64,000 bases of DNA from a bacterium (GCA_963674965.2 CAXXFL010000005.1:320001-384000), one strand, 5' to 3'. Shown: positions 37,768-48,313, counted from the first letter of the stretch. Made by a program: numbers and translations. Notes: generated by a model from the letters alone, not told the origin.

Positions 37768-39009
37768 TCAACCGGGATCGGCGGGATTGGTTTCCTTGTG
37801 GTTCGAGGCGTGAGAGCACCGGCATTGTCCGGAACCGCAGGTCGGGGCCGTGTCATCTTTTCCTTGCTCGTCATGGTGGTCGTGATCGTGATGGTCATGC
37901 CCCAGATGGCAATGCCCGTCCGGGCAGGACCCGCTTTCGACCAGGCCCAGCCTGGACCCGAGCGCTCCGCCGATAGGCCTCACGGAAATGGCGATAAGCG
38001 CCGCCGCCGCCGCGACCTTGGCCCAGGCGGGAAGGAACTCCGAGGCATGGCCCGCCGCCGCCGAGGCCTCGATACCCCACGCGGCGTAAACGTAATCCAC
38101 CACCAGGCCCGAGCCCACGGCGAAGACCGCGATGGTCGTGAGATAAATGGCGGTGGCCCTCTTGCCCAACACGCCCACCAGCACCGTCAGCGACGCTAAG
38201 TTGGTGGCGGGGCCGGCGAGCAGGAATACAAGCGCGGCCCCCGGCGAGACGCCCTTTAATATCAGCGCGGCGGCGATGGGCGTCGAGGAGGTGGCGCATA
38301 TGTAAATGGGCACTCCCGCGGCCAGCATGATAAGCATGGACTGGATACCACCGCCCAGGTAGCGGCCAAGAACGTCCTCGGGGATGAGAGCCCCGATTAC
38401 GCCGGACAAAAGGATACCGATAAAAAACCAGCCGGCCAGGTCCCCCCACAACTCGCCAAAGGCGTATCGCAGGCCGGCCCTTACCTTCTCGGCCGGACCA
38501 TGGTGACGCCGATGAACGTCCGCGGGGCAGTCCACCCCGTCGCAGCAGCCGTCAACCGGGCAACTAAGGTCCGGCTTGATCGATGACGTCTCGTCGGGTT
38601 TGGATACGAAGTTCTCGATCAGGCCGGCCGCCGCGGCCGTTGCCATGGCCGCGAGAGGACGGGCAACGGTCATAATGGGATCGAGGAGAGCGTAGGTTAT
38701 CGAGATGGAATCGACCCCCGACTCGGGCGTTGCGATGAGGAAAGCCGCGGTCGCCCCGTTGTTGGCGCCCTGCCGCTTGAGGGAGGCGGCCGCGGGAAGG
38801 GCCCCGCACGAGCAAAGGGGCATGGGCACGCCTAAGAGCGACGCCTTGAGGACGGACGATACCCTTCCTTTTCCCAGGTGCTTGGCCACGGAACCCGGGT
38901 ACACGAAGACCTTGAGAAGGCCGGCCACCACCACGCCGAGGATAACGTAAGGGGCCGAGTCGGAAAGGACCCGCCACGATTCGAGCAATATTTCCCCCAT
39001 GACGTTCAT
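37768..39009 (-). CDS. DUF318/ArsP-type permease, SO_0444-like metal efflux family
   Basis: GVPMPLCSCG, TPESGVDSI, PIYICATSSTP, GPATN; Cys/His-rich loop and C-terminus. Confidence 0.85.
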   Translation of the reverse strand: MNVMGEILLESWRVLSDSAPYVILGVVVAGLLKVFVYPGSVAKHLGKGRVSSVLKASLLGVPMPLCSCGALPAAASLKRQGANNGATAAFLIATPESGVDSISITYALLDPIMTVARPLAAMATAAAAGLIENFVSKPDETSSIKPDLSCPVDGCCDGVDCPADVHRRHHGPAEKVRAGLRYAFGELWGDLAGWFFIGILLSGVIGALIPEDVLGRYLGGGIQSMLIMLAAGVPIYICATSSTPIAAALILKGVSPGAALVFLLAGPATNLASLTVLVGVLGKRATAIYLTTIAVFAVGSGLVVDYVYAAWGIEASAAAGHASEFLPAWAKVAAAAALIAISVRPIGGALGSRLGLVESGSCPDGHCHLGHDHHDHDHHDEQGKDDTAPTCGSGQCRCSHASNHKETNPADPG

Positions 39010-39047
39010 TTATGTGCCGCCCGCCCCTATTGATTTATCGTCCCCGT

Positions 39048-39428
39048 TCACTCCTCGTTAACGTGATCGATCCCGATTTTTATAAGTTCCTCCACGTGGT
39101 GGTCGTCCAGAGAATAATAAAGCACCTGCCCGTCCCGCCTGGTCTTGACCAGGTAAAGGTTCCTCAGCTGCCGAAGCTGGTGGCTGGCCGCCGACTCGCC
39201 TATGCCCAGGAAGGCGGCCACGTCGCACACGCACATCTCGCCTTTGGCCAGGGCCATGACGATCTTGAGCCGGCCCGGGTCTCCCAGGGTTTTGAAAACG
39301 AGGGCAAGCCGGCTGACCGTTTTTTCCGGCTCGATGTTTTTTCTCGCCTTCCTGACCCGGCCAAGGTGCACGACCCGGAAGGCGCATCCTTTTTCGTCGG
39401 TAAGGGTCTTGGCTTTTTTCCTGGCCAC
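39048..39428 (-). CDS. ArsR/SmtB/CadC-family metal-responsive repressor
   Basis: FKTLGDPGRLKI, EMCVCDVA, SHQLRQL, YSLDDHHV..H; GTG start after AGGAGG. Confidence 0.92.
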   Translation of the reverse strand: MARKKAKTLTDEKGCAFRVVHLGRVRKARKNIEPEKTVSRLALVFKTLGDPGRLKIVMALAKGEMCVCDVAAFLGIGESAASHQLRQLRNLYLVKTRRDGQVLYYSLDDHHVEELIKIGIDHVNEE

Positions 39429-39440
39429 GATTCCTCCTGT

Positions 39441-39476
39441 ATATGAATATATTATCATATAATAAAATATTGTCAA
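39441..39476 (-). promoter_or_regulatory. ArsR/SmtB operator overlapping a sigma70 promoter
   Basis: Imperfect palindrome ATATGAATAT-ATTATCATAT; TTGACA-N16-TAATAT on the minus strand. Confidence 0.7.
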
Positions 39477-39584
39477 GCGGGACGGCGCCGGCGGACGTTA
39501 AAGGGCGCCGCCCTGGAAGTATAAAAAACGGATTCGGACACAAAAGCGGGCTTTCTCGGGAGAAAGCTAAAGACCGGGGCCGCG

Positions 39585-40613
39585 TTAATCGAAGAGGTCT
39601 CGCTGGCCGGCTCGGGGGGGCTTGAGACCCAGGTGGTGGATGGCCTTGGACGTGACCTGTCTTCCCTTTTTGGTCCGGTTCACGAAGCCGATCTTGAGCA
39701 GGAAGGGCTCGACCACGTCGGCCAGGGTGTCGGGTTCCTCGTTCAGGGTGGCGGCGATGGCCTCGATGCCCACGGGACCTCCCCCGTAGTTGTCGATTAT
39801 CACCCTTAGGAACTTGCGGTCCAGCTCGTCCAGGCCCATTGAGTCCACGCCCTCGATCTCGAGGGCCTTCATGGCCACCTCGACCGTGATGCCGCCGTCG
39901 GCCTTGACCTGGGCGTAGTCGCGAACCCGGCGCAGAAGCCGGTTGGCCGTGCGGGGCGTGCCGCGGGAGCGGCCGGCCACGGGCCACAGGGCCTCGGCCG
40001 CGGCCTCCACCTTGAGGAGTCCGGCCGAGCGGATGAGGATGACGTTAATCTCCTCGGCGGGATAAAAGTCCAGGTGATGGGTGATGCCGAAGCGCTCGCG
40101 AAGAGGGGCCGTCACAAGCCCGGCCCGCGTGGTCGCCCCGATTAATGTAAAGGGCTGGATGGGCACGGGTATGGTCCTCGAGTACATGCCCTTGTCAACC
40201 ACGAAGTCGACCTTGTAGTCCTCCATGGCCGGGTAGATGAACTCCTCGACCGCCGCGTTCAGGCGGTGAATCTCGTCGATAAAAAGCACGTCGCCCCGCT
40301 CGAGGTTCGTCAGTATGCCCATCAGGTCGCCCACGCGCTGGAGGGCGGGGCCGGAGGAGCACACGAGTCTCGAGCCCATTTCCTCGGAGATGATATGGGC
40401 CAGGGTGGTCTTGCCCAGGCCGGGAGGCCCGTGAAAAAGCAGGTGCTCGAGGGGCTCGCTCCTGCCCAGGGCGGCCTCGACGGCTATCTCGAGTTTTTGG
40501 ACCACGGCCTTTTGCCCGATGTACTCGGAGAGCCGCTTGGGCCTAAGGGCCCAGCCGAACCTCTCCTCCTCGGCGCAGCCCGCGTCGCCGGAAACTATCC
40601 TGTCTACGGTCAT
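39585..40613 (-). CDS. ruvB: Holliday junction branch migration ATPase RuvB
   Basis: LRPK.L.EYIGQ, GPPGLGKTT, FIDEIHRL, GATTRAG, RGTPRTANRLLRRVRD. Confidence 0.97.
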   Translation of the reverse strand: MTVDRIVSGDAGCAEEERFGWALRPKRLSEYIGQKAVVQKLEIAVEAALGRSEPLEHLLFHGPPGLGKTTLAHIISEEMGSRLVCSSGPALQRVGDLMGILTNLERGDVLFIDEIHRLNAAVEEFIYPAMEDYKVDFVVDKGMYSRTIPVPIQPFTLIGATTRAGLVTAPLRERFGITHHLDFYPAEEINVILIRSAGLLKVEAAAEALWPVAGRSRGTPRTANRLLRRVRDYAQVKADGGITVEVAMKALEIEGVDSMGLDELDRKFLRVIIDNYGGGPVGIEAIAATLNEEPDTLADVVEPFLLKIGFVNRTKKGRQVTSKAIHHLGLKPPRAGQRDLFD

Positions 40614-41263
40614 ACCATCCCCTTGCCGGACTCGCGGAAAGCGGCCCTCACCAACTCCTCGGCGCCCTCGATGCCCGGGTTGTTTTTAAGGGCCTTCTTG
40701 ATCATGGCCTCGGCCTCGCCGCGCTTATAACCTACCTGCGAAAGCACCAGCAGCGCCTCTTCCTCCATGTCGGACATGGGCGGCCCATCGGCCTTCGCGG
40801 CCAGGGTATCGCCCGAGGCCAGGGCCGCGAACTCGGAGACCTTCCCCTGCAAACTGGCGATGACCTTGTCAGCCGTCCGCTTGCCCAGGCCGGGAAGCAC
40901 GGAAAGCGCGCTTTTGTCGCCCTTCTCGATGGCCAGGGCCATGTTCTCGGGCCGGGCGGCCATGGCCTTGAGGGTCTTTCTCGCCCCAAGTCCCGGCACC
41001 TTGATAAGCTGGAGAAAAAACTCGCGCTCGGCGTGGCTTAAAAATCCCACCAGGCGTGGAATCATGGCCGAGGCCCCGGCCCCTCCCTCGATGTAATGAT
41101 GGATATACATCTCGAGCTCGTCGCCCACGCTTCCTCGCAGGGGTCCCTCCAGGTACGTGGGGATGAGGACCTCGTAAAATACGTTTCCCGCCTGAAGCTC
41201 GATCCTGTTCTCCGACACCGAGGCGAGCGATCCGGTAATCCTGCTTATCAAGCCGTCCTCCAT
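40610..41263 (-). CDS. ruvA: Holliday junction DNA-binding protein RuvA
   Basis: ISRITG.L, HhH motifs VPGLGARK and LPGLGKRTA; between ruvC and ruvB. Confidence 0.93.
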   Translation of the reverse strand: MEDGLISRITGSLASVSENRIELQAGNVFYEVLIPTYLEGPLRGSVGDELEMYIHHYIEGGAGASAMIPRLVGFLSHAEREFFLQLIKVPGLGARKTLKAMAARPENMALAIEKGDKSALSVLPGLGKRTADKVIASLQGKVSEFAALASGDTLAAKADGPPMSDMEEEALLVLSQVGYKRGEAEAMIKKALKNNPGIEGAEELVRAAFRESGKGMV

Positions 41264-41269
41264 TATCCG

Positions 41270-41782
41270 CTAGCCGCGCCGGCCCAAGAGGCCGCCAAGG
41301 CCCGACTCGTGGGTCACGGCGTTGGCGTGGCAAAGGGCCACCGCCAGGGCGTCGGCCACGTCGGCCGGCTCGGGCTCGGCCTCGAGGCCGAGGGCCACCT
41401 TGACGGTCCTTTGCACCTGCCGCTTGGCCGCCCGTCCGTTGCCGGTAAGGGCCTTCTTGATCTTGGTGGCCGAGTAATCGATAACGGGCGTTTGGCGAAG
41501 GGCCGCGGTGAGCAGTATGACTCCCCGGGCGTGACCCATCAATATGGCGGTGCGGGGGTGCTTGTAGTGCGAGTAAAGCGACTCGACCACGACCACCTCG
41601 GGATCGAGTCCGGCCATGACCTCGGCAAGGCCCTCGGAGAGCTCGGTCAGGCGGGAGGCCAGCCCGAGCTTTTCGTTGGTCCTTATTACCCCGGCCTCGA
41701 CGAGTCGAGTTTTGGTCCCCTCGAGCTTTATGCCCCCGAAGCCGGTGCGCCTGAGGCCGGGGTCGATTCCAAGGATGAGCAT
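41270..41782 (-). CDS. ruvC: Holliday junction resolvase RuvC
   Basis: ILGIDPG...TGFG, GHARG, TGNGRAAK.QV, DVADALAVA. Confidence 0.96.
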   Translation of the reverse strand: MLILGIDPGLRRTGFGGIKLEGTKTRLVEAGVIRTNEKLGLASRLTELSEGLAEVMAGLDPEVVVVESLYSHYKHPRTAILMGHARGVILLTAALRQTPVIDYSATKIKKALTGNGRAAKRQVQRTVKVALGLEAEPEPADVADALAVALCHANAVTHESGLGGLLGRRG

Positions 41783-41789
41783 AATCCGG

Positions 41790-42539
41790 TTATTCGGAGA
41801 GCCTTTGCATCTCCTCCTCCGAGATGTCGAAGTTGGCGAAGACGTTCTGCACGTCGTCGCCGTCCTCGAGGGCGTCCATCAGCTTGAGCATCTGCTCGGC
41901 CTTTTTGCCCTCGAGCTTGACCGTGGTTTGAGGGATCATGGAAACCTCGGCCATGGACAAGGCTATGCCCGCTTTCTCGAAGGCCTCCTGCACGTCCTCG
42001 AATTCCGACTGGGAGGTGATTATCTCCCAGAAACTCTTCGAGTCCTTCACGTCGTCCGCCCCCGCCTCGAGGGCCACTTCCATGACCGAGTCCTCGTCGG
42101 CCGACTCCTTCTCGATTACCAGGACGCCCTTCTTGTCGAACATCCAGGAGACGCACCCCGACTCGCCCAGCTTCCCGGCGTACTTGTCGAAAAGGTGCCT
42201 CACCTCGGCCACGGTGCGGTTGCGGTTGTCCGTCATGGTCTCGACCAGGACCGCCACGCCCGCGGGCCCGTAGCCCTCGAAGGTGATCTCCTCGAGGTCG
42301 GCCCCGTCTCCGCCGCCCGCGCCCTTTTTGATGGCCCGGTCGATATTGTCGTTGGGCATGTTGGCCGCCTTGGCCGTGATGACGGCCTGCCTGAGGCGGG
42401 GATTGGCCTCCGGATCGCCGCCCCCCAGGCGGGCCGCGATCGTAAGTTCCCGAATTAACCTGGTAAATATTTTACCCCGCTTGGCGTCTTCCTTCGCCTT
42501 TTTGTGTCTAATGCTGTGCCACTTGCTGTGACCCGACAT
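41790..42539 (-). CDS. yebC: YebC/PmpR-family protein
   Basis: MSGHSKW, EGYGPAG, TDNRNRT, DDVQNV. Confidence 0.96.
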   Translation of the reverse strand: MSGHSKWHSIRHKKAKEDAKRGKIFTRLIRELTIAARLGGGDPEANPRLRQAVITAKAANMPNDNIDRAIKKGAGGGDGADLEEITFEGYGPAGVAVLVETMTDNRNRTVAEVRHLFDKYAGKLGESGCVSWMFDKKGVLVIEKESADEDSVMEVALEAGADDVKDSKSFWEIITSQSEFEDVQEAFEKAGIALSMAEVSMIPQTTVKLEGKKAEQMLKLMDALEDGDDVQNVFANFDISEEEMQRLSE

Positions 42540-42651
42540 TCATCTAACCTCCAGTGAATGGCAATGGAAAAAATTTTATATCGCCGGCGGCTCCATCCAC
42601 CCCCGGCGAGGCGTTCAAATTGCTCCGGACGGGCCTACCCCGCCCCATGGG

Positions 42652-42680
42652 ATAATACCATTGCCCCAATTTACTGGCAA
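42652..42680 (-). promoter_or_regulatory. sigma70 promoter for yebC-ruvCAB
   Basis: TTGCCA-N17-TATTAT with TG extended -10. Confidence 0.55.
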
Positions 42681-42751
42681 GTGAAATAGCCGGAACCAAA
42701 GGATACGGCTCTTAGAGAAGCGATATTGTTAGGACTTTTGCAGAAATAGAG

Positions 42752-42937
42752 GAGCTTCTTGCAAAAGTACTTTTCTTTGCGGCATAGCCGCTTTGGAGTG
42801 CGGTCGCTTGAGACCGCTTTCGAGGGCCTTGGCTTGACAAGGCCTATTAATACACCGGCTTGCCTCGCGTCAAGCCGCTCGGAAGAAAAGCGGCGTCGAG
42901 CCGCCGCACTCCAAAGCGGGAATTTTGCAAGAGGCTC
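42752..42937. mobile_element. MITE copy 2 (186 bp, inverted relative to copy 1)
   Basis: TIRs GAGCTTCTTGCAAAA...TTTTGCAAGAGGCTC; AGAG duplicated on both flanks. Confidence 0.85.
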
Positions 42938-43089
42938 AGAGATTATTATTTTTCTATGAAATAATCTTCATCTTGAAGGAAAAATATAACGCCATATTTG
43001 TAAAAAAATGAACGGCAAAAGACATAAATTTGATAAGACAGATATCCTCCCCCAATAAAGACTCCTGATAGTAAAGAATTATTTTGTCT

Positions 43090-45513
43090 TCACCAAGGGT
43101 TAAGCCTCACGCTCGTAACGGCCCTGTTCAACTTCACCACCGCCTTGCCCTTTTCCGTCTTTATTTCCTCGAGGTCCCTCTCCCGGCCGTCGCAGAGGTG
43201 GGCCTGTTCGATCCTGACTCCGGGCAGGGAGATTTCGACCTGGGTCCCCCCGGGCGCGAGGGAGAGGAGACGGGCGATGAGGCCCCCGCCGTAATGGGCC
43301 TCCTTGAGAGCCACTAGAAAAACGTCGTCCCTGGAGAGGCGGACGGCGCGGGCGGCAAGCGCCGAGAGGTCCGGCGCCGAGGGGTCTATAAAGGAGTCGT
43401 CAAGCGAGCGTTGCGCCATGGCGTGAAGGCGGGATGCGCCAAGCTCGGGACCGGGACCCACGAGGAAGGCGTAATCGAGCGTCTGCGGTCCGGGGACCGG
43501 CCCACTCGCGGGATGGGCCAGCATGGGCAGGAAGCCGAAGGCTATCTCGTTTGGCGCGTTTCGGGCCGCGACCCACTCGAGGACCCCGTTCGAGTTGGCG
43601 CCCACGGCGGCCGGTCCGGACATAAGCGAGGCCACGCCGAGGTCCCCGTCCCAGAAGGCGGCGTAACTTTTGGCGGGCCAGAAGGTGGGGTTGTAAATTT
43701 TGGCCAAGGGCCGCCGGACGCTTCCGCCGGGGGCGTCGGTCAGAAGGTCAAAGGGACGGATGGAGGTCGTGAAGCGGCAAGTGGCGGTCCTTCTTTTCCT
43801 CAGGGCCAGGGTGGTCCGGGCGCGGATGACTTCCGAGTCCCCTCTCAGCCAGACCTTGCGCTCAAGCGGCCGGCCCTCCAGTTTCGACTCGATGGTTACC
43901 TCGAGGAGGCCCTCCTTTTCCTCGGCCCCGATCGAGGCCGCGTCGTCGCTCGCGGCGGATATCCTTTTAAACTTGCCGCCCGGGTACTCGTGACCCATGC
44001 GCCACAATCCGCCCGTGTCCAGATAGAGGACCACGTCGTTGCCCAGTCCCAGCATGGCCTCGCGGCCGGATTTTTTGTCCAGCCATGATGTAATGCATCC
44101 TCCCTTTTTGCCGTCCATGACTATCGCGTAATCCTTCGACTCGGCCGTGAGGAGGCCGTCCTTCAACTCCCACTCGACGGGGCTTGGCCCTGGCCCGGCA
44201 GGAGGAGCGGAAAGGCCGTCAAGCGCGGCCTCGAGGGCCCGCTCGGCCTTTTGGGCCGCGTCCTCCAGCCAGGGAAGCTGCTCGGAAATAAAGACGCGGT
44301 TGGGCGACGTGCCGGTTATGAAGTCGTGGTGGTTGGCCACCGCGGCCACGCGCCAGGCGTCGGCCAGGTCCTTTTTTACCAGTTCGCTATTAGCTTTTGG
44401 GTTCATGGTCAGGAGCTTTTCGGCAAGGATCAGTCTATCGGCCAGGCGGTTGCACCTTTGTTTCATCTCGGGGCGGGAGGAATAATAACCCATCCAATAA
44501 GGCGTGGCCTCGAGCGCGAGTCGGGGCAGCTTGTCCGCGTGGGCGGCGACCAGGTCCATGTAGTCCTCGGCCGAGGCGTTCACTGCGTAGACGCCCGTTT
44601 CCGCGTAGGCCGAGCGGTTGTAGGCGTCTAAAAGACCCACCAGGCCGGGTATAGGCTCGACAAAGTCGCACCCGATGGGGCAAAACAAATAGGGCACGCG
44701 GGACAGGCGGGACAGGGACTTCACGTACCCGGCGATTTTTTTGGCAACTTTTTCCGGGCTTCTGGCGGGAAAGCCGAAGGTGAGACCCATCCAGCGCGCC
44801 GCCCCCGCGCTCGCGATCATGTCGCCCTGAAAATAAGTGAAGGCGTTCCAGTGGCAAAGGGTCTTGGCCCCGTCGGGACCCAGCCAGATGAAGTCGGCCG
44901 TTTTCAGGTCTTTGGCCAGAAGCTCGGCGCTCGAGCCCGGCAAAGGATAGGCGGCGGGTCCGCGGTATTCGGTACCGGGAAAGTACATGCCGTCGATCCT
45001 GGTGATGACCGAGTAATCGAACCCGAGGGCCGCCAATACGCTGGGGGTAGTGGGTGAATATCCGAAGTCGTCGGGCAGATAGGCCACTCGCGGCTCGGCG
45101 TTCATGCCGTTGTCTCGCAGCCAATTCTGGCCGTTAAGGTAATCGCGAAAGATGGACTCGAGGTGAGGCAGGACCGTGTCGGGGGTGGTGACTCCGCTCC
45201 CGGTCAGCCGGATTCTTCCCTCGTTTACCAGGCGCCGAATGAGGTCTCGTTTTTCCGGGTTACGGTCCCAGTACATCTCGAGGAAGAAAACGCACTCGAC
45301 CGAGTAAACCCGGCGCGGCTCCCTTTCCAACTCCGCCAGGGCCGCGTCCAAAAGTTTCCCGATCCGCAGCCGATAATACTTCTCGCTGGTTAAAAGCCAG
45401 TTAGGGTCCCAATGGCTCGACTCCCCGAAGACTATCGCCCGCTCGGCCTCGGCCGGGATTCCCAGCCTTTCCCGGAGTCCTTTCTCGATTTCCTCGTTCA
45501 TTCCCGCCTCCAT
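43090..45513 (-). CDS. Glycoside hydrolase family 38 (alpha-mannosidase-like)
   Basis: SHWDPNWL, YLPDDFG, GYYSSRP..K, NHHDFITGTS; start may be 45501. Confidence 0.85.
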   Translation of the reverse strand: MEAGMNEEIEKGLRERLGIPAEAERAIVFGESSHWDPNWLLTSEKYYRLRIGKLLDAALAELEREPRRVYSVECVFFLEMYWDRNPEKRDLIRRLVNEGRIRLTGSGVTTPDTVLPHLESIFRDYLNGQNWLRDNGMNAEPRVAYLPDDFGYSPTTPSVLAALGFDYSVITRIDGMYFPGTEYRGPAAYPLPGSSAELLAKDLKTADFIWLGPDGAKTLCHWNAFTYFQGDMIASAGAARWMGLTFGFPARSPEKVAKKIAGYVKSLSRLSRVPYLFCPIGCDFVEPIPGLVGLLDAYNRSAYAETGVYAVNASAEDYMDLVAAHADKLPRLALEATPYWMGYYSSRPEMKQRCNRLADRLILAEKLLTMNPKANSELVKKDLADAWRVAAVANHHDFITGTSPNRVFISEQLPWLEDAAQKAERALEAALDGLSAPPAGPGPSPVEWELKDGLLTAESKDYAIVMDGKKGGCITSWLDKKSGREAMLGLGNDVVLYLDTGGLWRMGHEYPGGKFKRISAASDDAASIGAEEKEGLLEVTIESKLEGRPLERKVWLRGDSEVIRARTTLALRKRRTATCRFTTSIRPFDLLTDAPGGSVRRPLAKIYNPTFWPAKSYAAFWDGDLGVASLMSGPAAVGANSNGVLEWVAARNAPNEIAFGFLPMLAHPASGPVPGPQTLDYAFLVGPGPELGASRLHAMAQRSLDDSFIDPSAPDLSALAARAVRLSRDDVFLVALKEAHYGGGLIARLLSLAPGGTQVEISLPGVRIEQAHLCDGRERDLEEIKTEKGKAVVKLNRAVTSVRLNPW

Positions 45514-45687
45514 CGAGGTAATGCGCCCATGGTATGTTAGCGGCGGGGCGCAGTCAACGGAAAAAATCGGGAAAGGCGAGCGCTCGAATCGACTCGCCGA
45601 TGCCGGCGCCCATGGGGGATGGATTTTTGGGGCCGCGTGGCAAGCGATGGCGGCCCTGGCCGGCGGACGGAATAAGACCCCGATATT

Positions 45688-45716
45688 TTGACAAAATCAT
45701 CCACAGTGGCTATGCT
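45688..45716 (+). promoter_or_regulatory. sigma70 promoter for the YfhO-like gene
   Basis: TTGACA-N17-TATGCT. Confidence 0.55.
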
Positions 45717-45803
45717 TTGCTCGTCTGTATTATCCGGGTGCAATTCTTATTTCGGGAATGGATGGACGATTATTCCTTTCTTCCCGAGTCCGGAAGGCGC
45801 GGC

Positions 45804-48197
45804 ATGGAAATATCTTCACCTCAGCGGGGCCAAATATTCTCGATTTTTATAAAAGCCCTGGCGATAATATTTCCCTTTGCCCTGATATTCCATCCTTTTA
45901 TAAGCGCCGTGCCGGCCTGGCGTGACACCTTCATGTATTTCGCGCCAGCCAAGTCGTTGCTTTTCGAGGAATTGAGGAAAGGCTCGCCGCCGCTTTGGAA
46001 CCCGTGGCATTTTTTCGGCTCGCCAGCTTTTTCGGACTTTCAGGTCGGATGGTTTTATCCGCCCAACCTTTTGGCGCTGTTTTTTTCCTTTCCCGCGGCC
46101 TTTAAAATACTCGTGCTGATCCATTATCCCATCGCCTTTTTTTCAACGTATCTTTTTCTTCGAGGCCGGGGACTGGACCGTCCGTCGTGCTATTGGGGCG
46201 GCATGATATTCTGTCTTTGCGGGCACATGACCCACGTTTCAGGCTATCTGACCATGCTCGTGGGTCTTGGCCTTGCCCCTCTCGCGCTTTTCTTCGCCGA
46301 TCGGGCCTTGAAGCCCCTTCCCATGGGACCGGCAATTCGCGCCCGAAACGCCTTTTGCTCCGGCGCCGTGATCGCGCTTCAAGTGCTGGGAGGCGATCCT
46401 CAAAACGCCCTGGTCACGTCTCTTATGGTCTTTTGCATGGGCCTTTTCCGCTTTTCATTCAAACCACGTTTTCGCCCTGCTCCTTTCATGGTGGCCATAA
46501 TCGGGATCGCGGCGGCGCTCATGAGCCTGGTCCAGACCCTTCCGACCCTGGAGTTCTTCAATATTAGCGAGCGAGGCCGCGGGCTGACCGCGGCCGAGAG
46601 CGGCGTGTTTTCCTTCCATCCGGCGCGACTTATCGAGCTCGTCTGGCCCAATCCCTTCATGACGGACGATTATTTTTACTGGGCCAAAAACCTGCTTGAC
46701 TGGCGGGACGGGCAGAGTCTTTTGCCATACGCGCTCTCGAATTATCTTGGGCTTTCGGCCATTGGTCTGGCCCTGTTCGGGCTGGCGCGCGGCCGCCGCC
46801 GCTCGAGAGCCTTGATCGGGATGGCCGCGGCCTTTTGCCTGGCCGTCTCCTGGGGAAGGCACTTCCCGCTTTACGGACTTTTGCGCGCCCTCGTCCCTTT
46901 TTCCGATCTGTTCAGGTTCCCGGAAAAAGCCATGGGGTGGTTTTCCTTTTTCATCGCGGTCCTGGCCGCCTTCGGTTTCCATGAACTGCGTAAAGCCCTA
47001 TACGCGCCGTCCCGGAGCGCCTCCGCCATTGCCGCCGGTTTGCTCGGATTCTCTCTCGTCGCGGCGGTGGCGGGAACGGCCTTGCTTCGCTTTTTCCTTC
47101 TCGGTCTGTCCCAAAAGGGATTGGTTTCGCCCAACGAGATCGAGCCATACATTTACCTTGGAGGTTTGAAGCTTTTTCTTGTCGCCTGCGCTTTCCTCGT
47201 TCCCATAATCCTTTGCGCCCGGCGCCGGCTCAAGCCGTCCCGGGCAACGGCAATCATAATCGCCGTCATCATTCTCGATTTATGGAGCGCCAACGCGAGG
47301 CTTATGGTTCGCGTGCCCGACGACGTCTTCGAGTCGAGGTCTCCCGTCGCCGAGGCGATCATCAAGGACGGAGGTCCATCCATGGGCAATTACAGGGTGG
47401 CTCGCGTCGCCTCGGATTTTCCGTCCCGCCAGGCCGATGAATCGCCAAGCTATCTCATCAGGCGGACCATATGGCATCGGTCGGTCCTGGGAGACAACTT
47501 TTCCTCCTTCGACCGCCTCGAGTCCTGCCTGGGCTACAACCCTCTTAGGCCTCAGGATGAAACCGATCATGGCGAGCTATTGTCCGATCCTCATTACCTC
47601 AGGCTCTATAACGCCAGATATCTTATTCACCCTTACCTGGACTCCCCCGCCAATAATATCGGCGAGACCATTTACAACGATAAGCCGCTAAACGTGGGCG
47701 TAACCAGAATCAGGGACGCCTTTGCCCGTTCCTATTTTGTCCCGAGGGCCATATTCGCGTCCGGCGACCGTGAAGCCTTGTCGATGATGGCAAAGGCCGA
47801 TTTTACCAGGGAGGTGGTACTCACGGCCGAGCGGCCCATAAGCATGCCGGCGATGGAGTCGAATAAACCTCCCGTCCTTAAGACCCTTGCATACGGCGCG
47901 GACGACATAGTCCTGGAAACATCGAGCGACTCATACTCATGGCTCGTGCTTTCCAACCGATTCCACCCCGGTTGGAGGTGCACGGTGGACGGCGAGAAGG
48001 TCAGTATCTACCCGGCCAACCTTATGGTAATGGCCGTGCAGGCGCCGCCGGGAAAACACCGGATTGAGTTTCGCTTCGTTTCCAGGACGTTTTCCATCTG
48101 CGCCGCGGTCTCGATCATGGCCTGGCTCGCGTTTATTGTCTGGCTGGGGGCCGGACTTATGCGAAATGGAAGGGGATTAAGTAAAAAGAGAACATAA
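45804..48197 (+). CDS. YfhO-family membrane glycosyltransferase-like protein
   Basis: RD..YF.P, PLWNP..F.G.P, FYPPN, FRFPEK, HPGWRCTVDG, PPGKH.IEF.F; start set at MEISS 45804. Confidence 0.85.
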   Translation: MEISSPQRGQIFSIFIKALAIIFPFALIFHPFISAVPAWRDTFMYFAPAKSLLFEELRKGSPPLWNPWHFFGSPAFSDFQVGWFYPPNLLALFFSFPAAFKILVLIHYPIAFFSTYLFLRGRGLDRPSCYWGGMIFCLCGHMTHVSGYLTMLVGLGLAPLALFFADRALKPLPMGPAIRARNAFCSGAVIALQVLGGDPQNALVTSLMVFCMGLFRFSFKPRFRPAPFMVAIIGIAAALMSLVQTLPTLEFFNISERGRGLTAAESGVFSFHPARLIELVWPNPFMTDDYFYWAKNLLDWRDGQSLLPYALSNYLGLSAIGLALFGLARGRRRSRALIGMAAAFCLAVSWGRHFPLYGLLRALVPFSDLFRFPEKAMGWFSFFIAVLAAFGFHELRKALYAPSRSASAIAAGLLGFSLVAAVAGTALLRFFLLGLSQKGLVSPNEIEPYIYLGGLKLFLVACAFLVPIILCARRRLKPSRATAIIIAVIILDLWSANARLMVRVPDDVFESRSPVAEAIIKDGGPSMGNYRVARVASDFPSRQADESPSYLIRRTIWHRSVLGDNFSSFDRLESCLGYNPLRPQDETDHGELLSDPHYLRLYNARYLIHPYLDSPANNIGETIYNDKPLNVGVTRIRDAFARSYFVPRAIFASGDREALSMMAKADFTREVVLTAERPISMPAMESNKPPVLKTLAYGADDIVLETSSDSYSWLVLSNRFHPGWRCTVDGEKVSIYPANLMVMAVQAPPGKHRIEFRFVSRTFSICAAVSIMAWLAFIVWLGAGLMRNGRGLSKKRT

Positions 48198-48313
48198 CCA
48201 TGGTCATGGCATCGCCGGCGCGGCCCTGATATGCCATGGCGCGAAAAAGGCGGTCAAAAGGGGCGAGGCACTCTCGGCCCATTCCCGGCCACGATTAAAC
48301 AAGGAGACGTAAT

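Noticed and set aside
45697-45705. DnaA-box-like TCATCCACA
   Set aside because: Single mismatched box inside a promoter spacer; expected by chance
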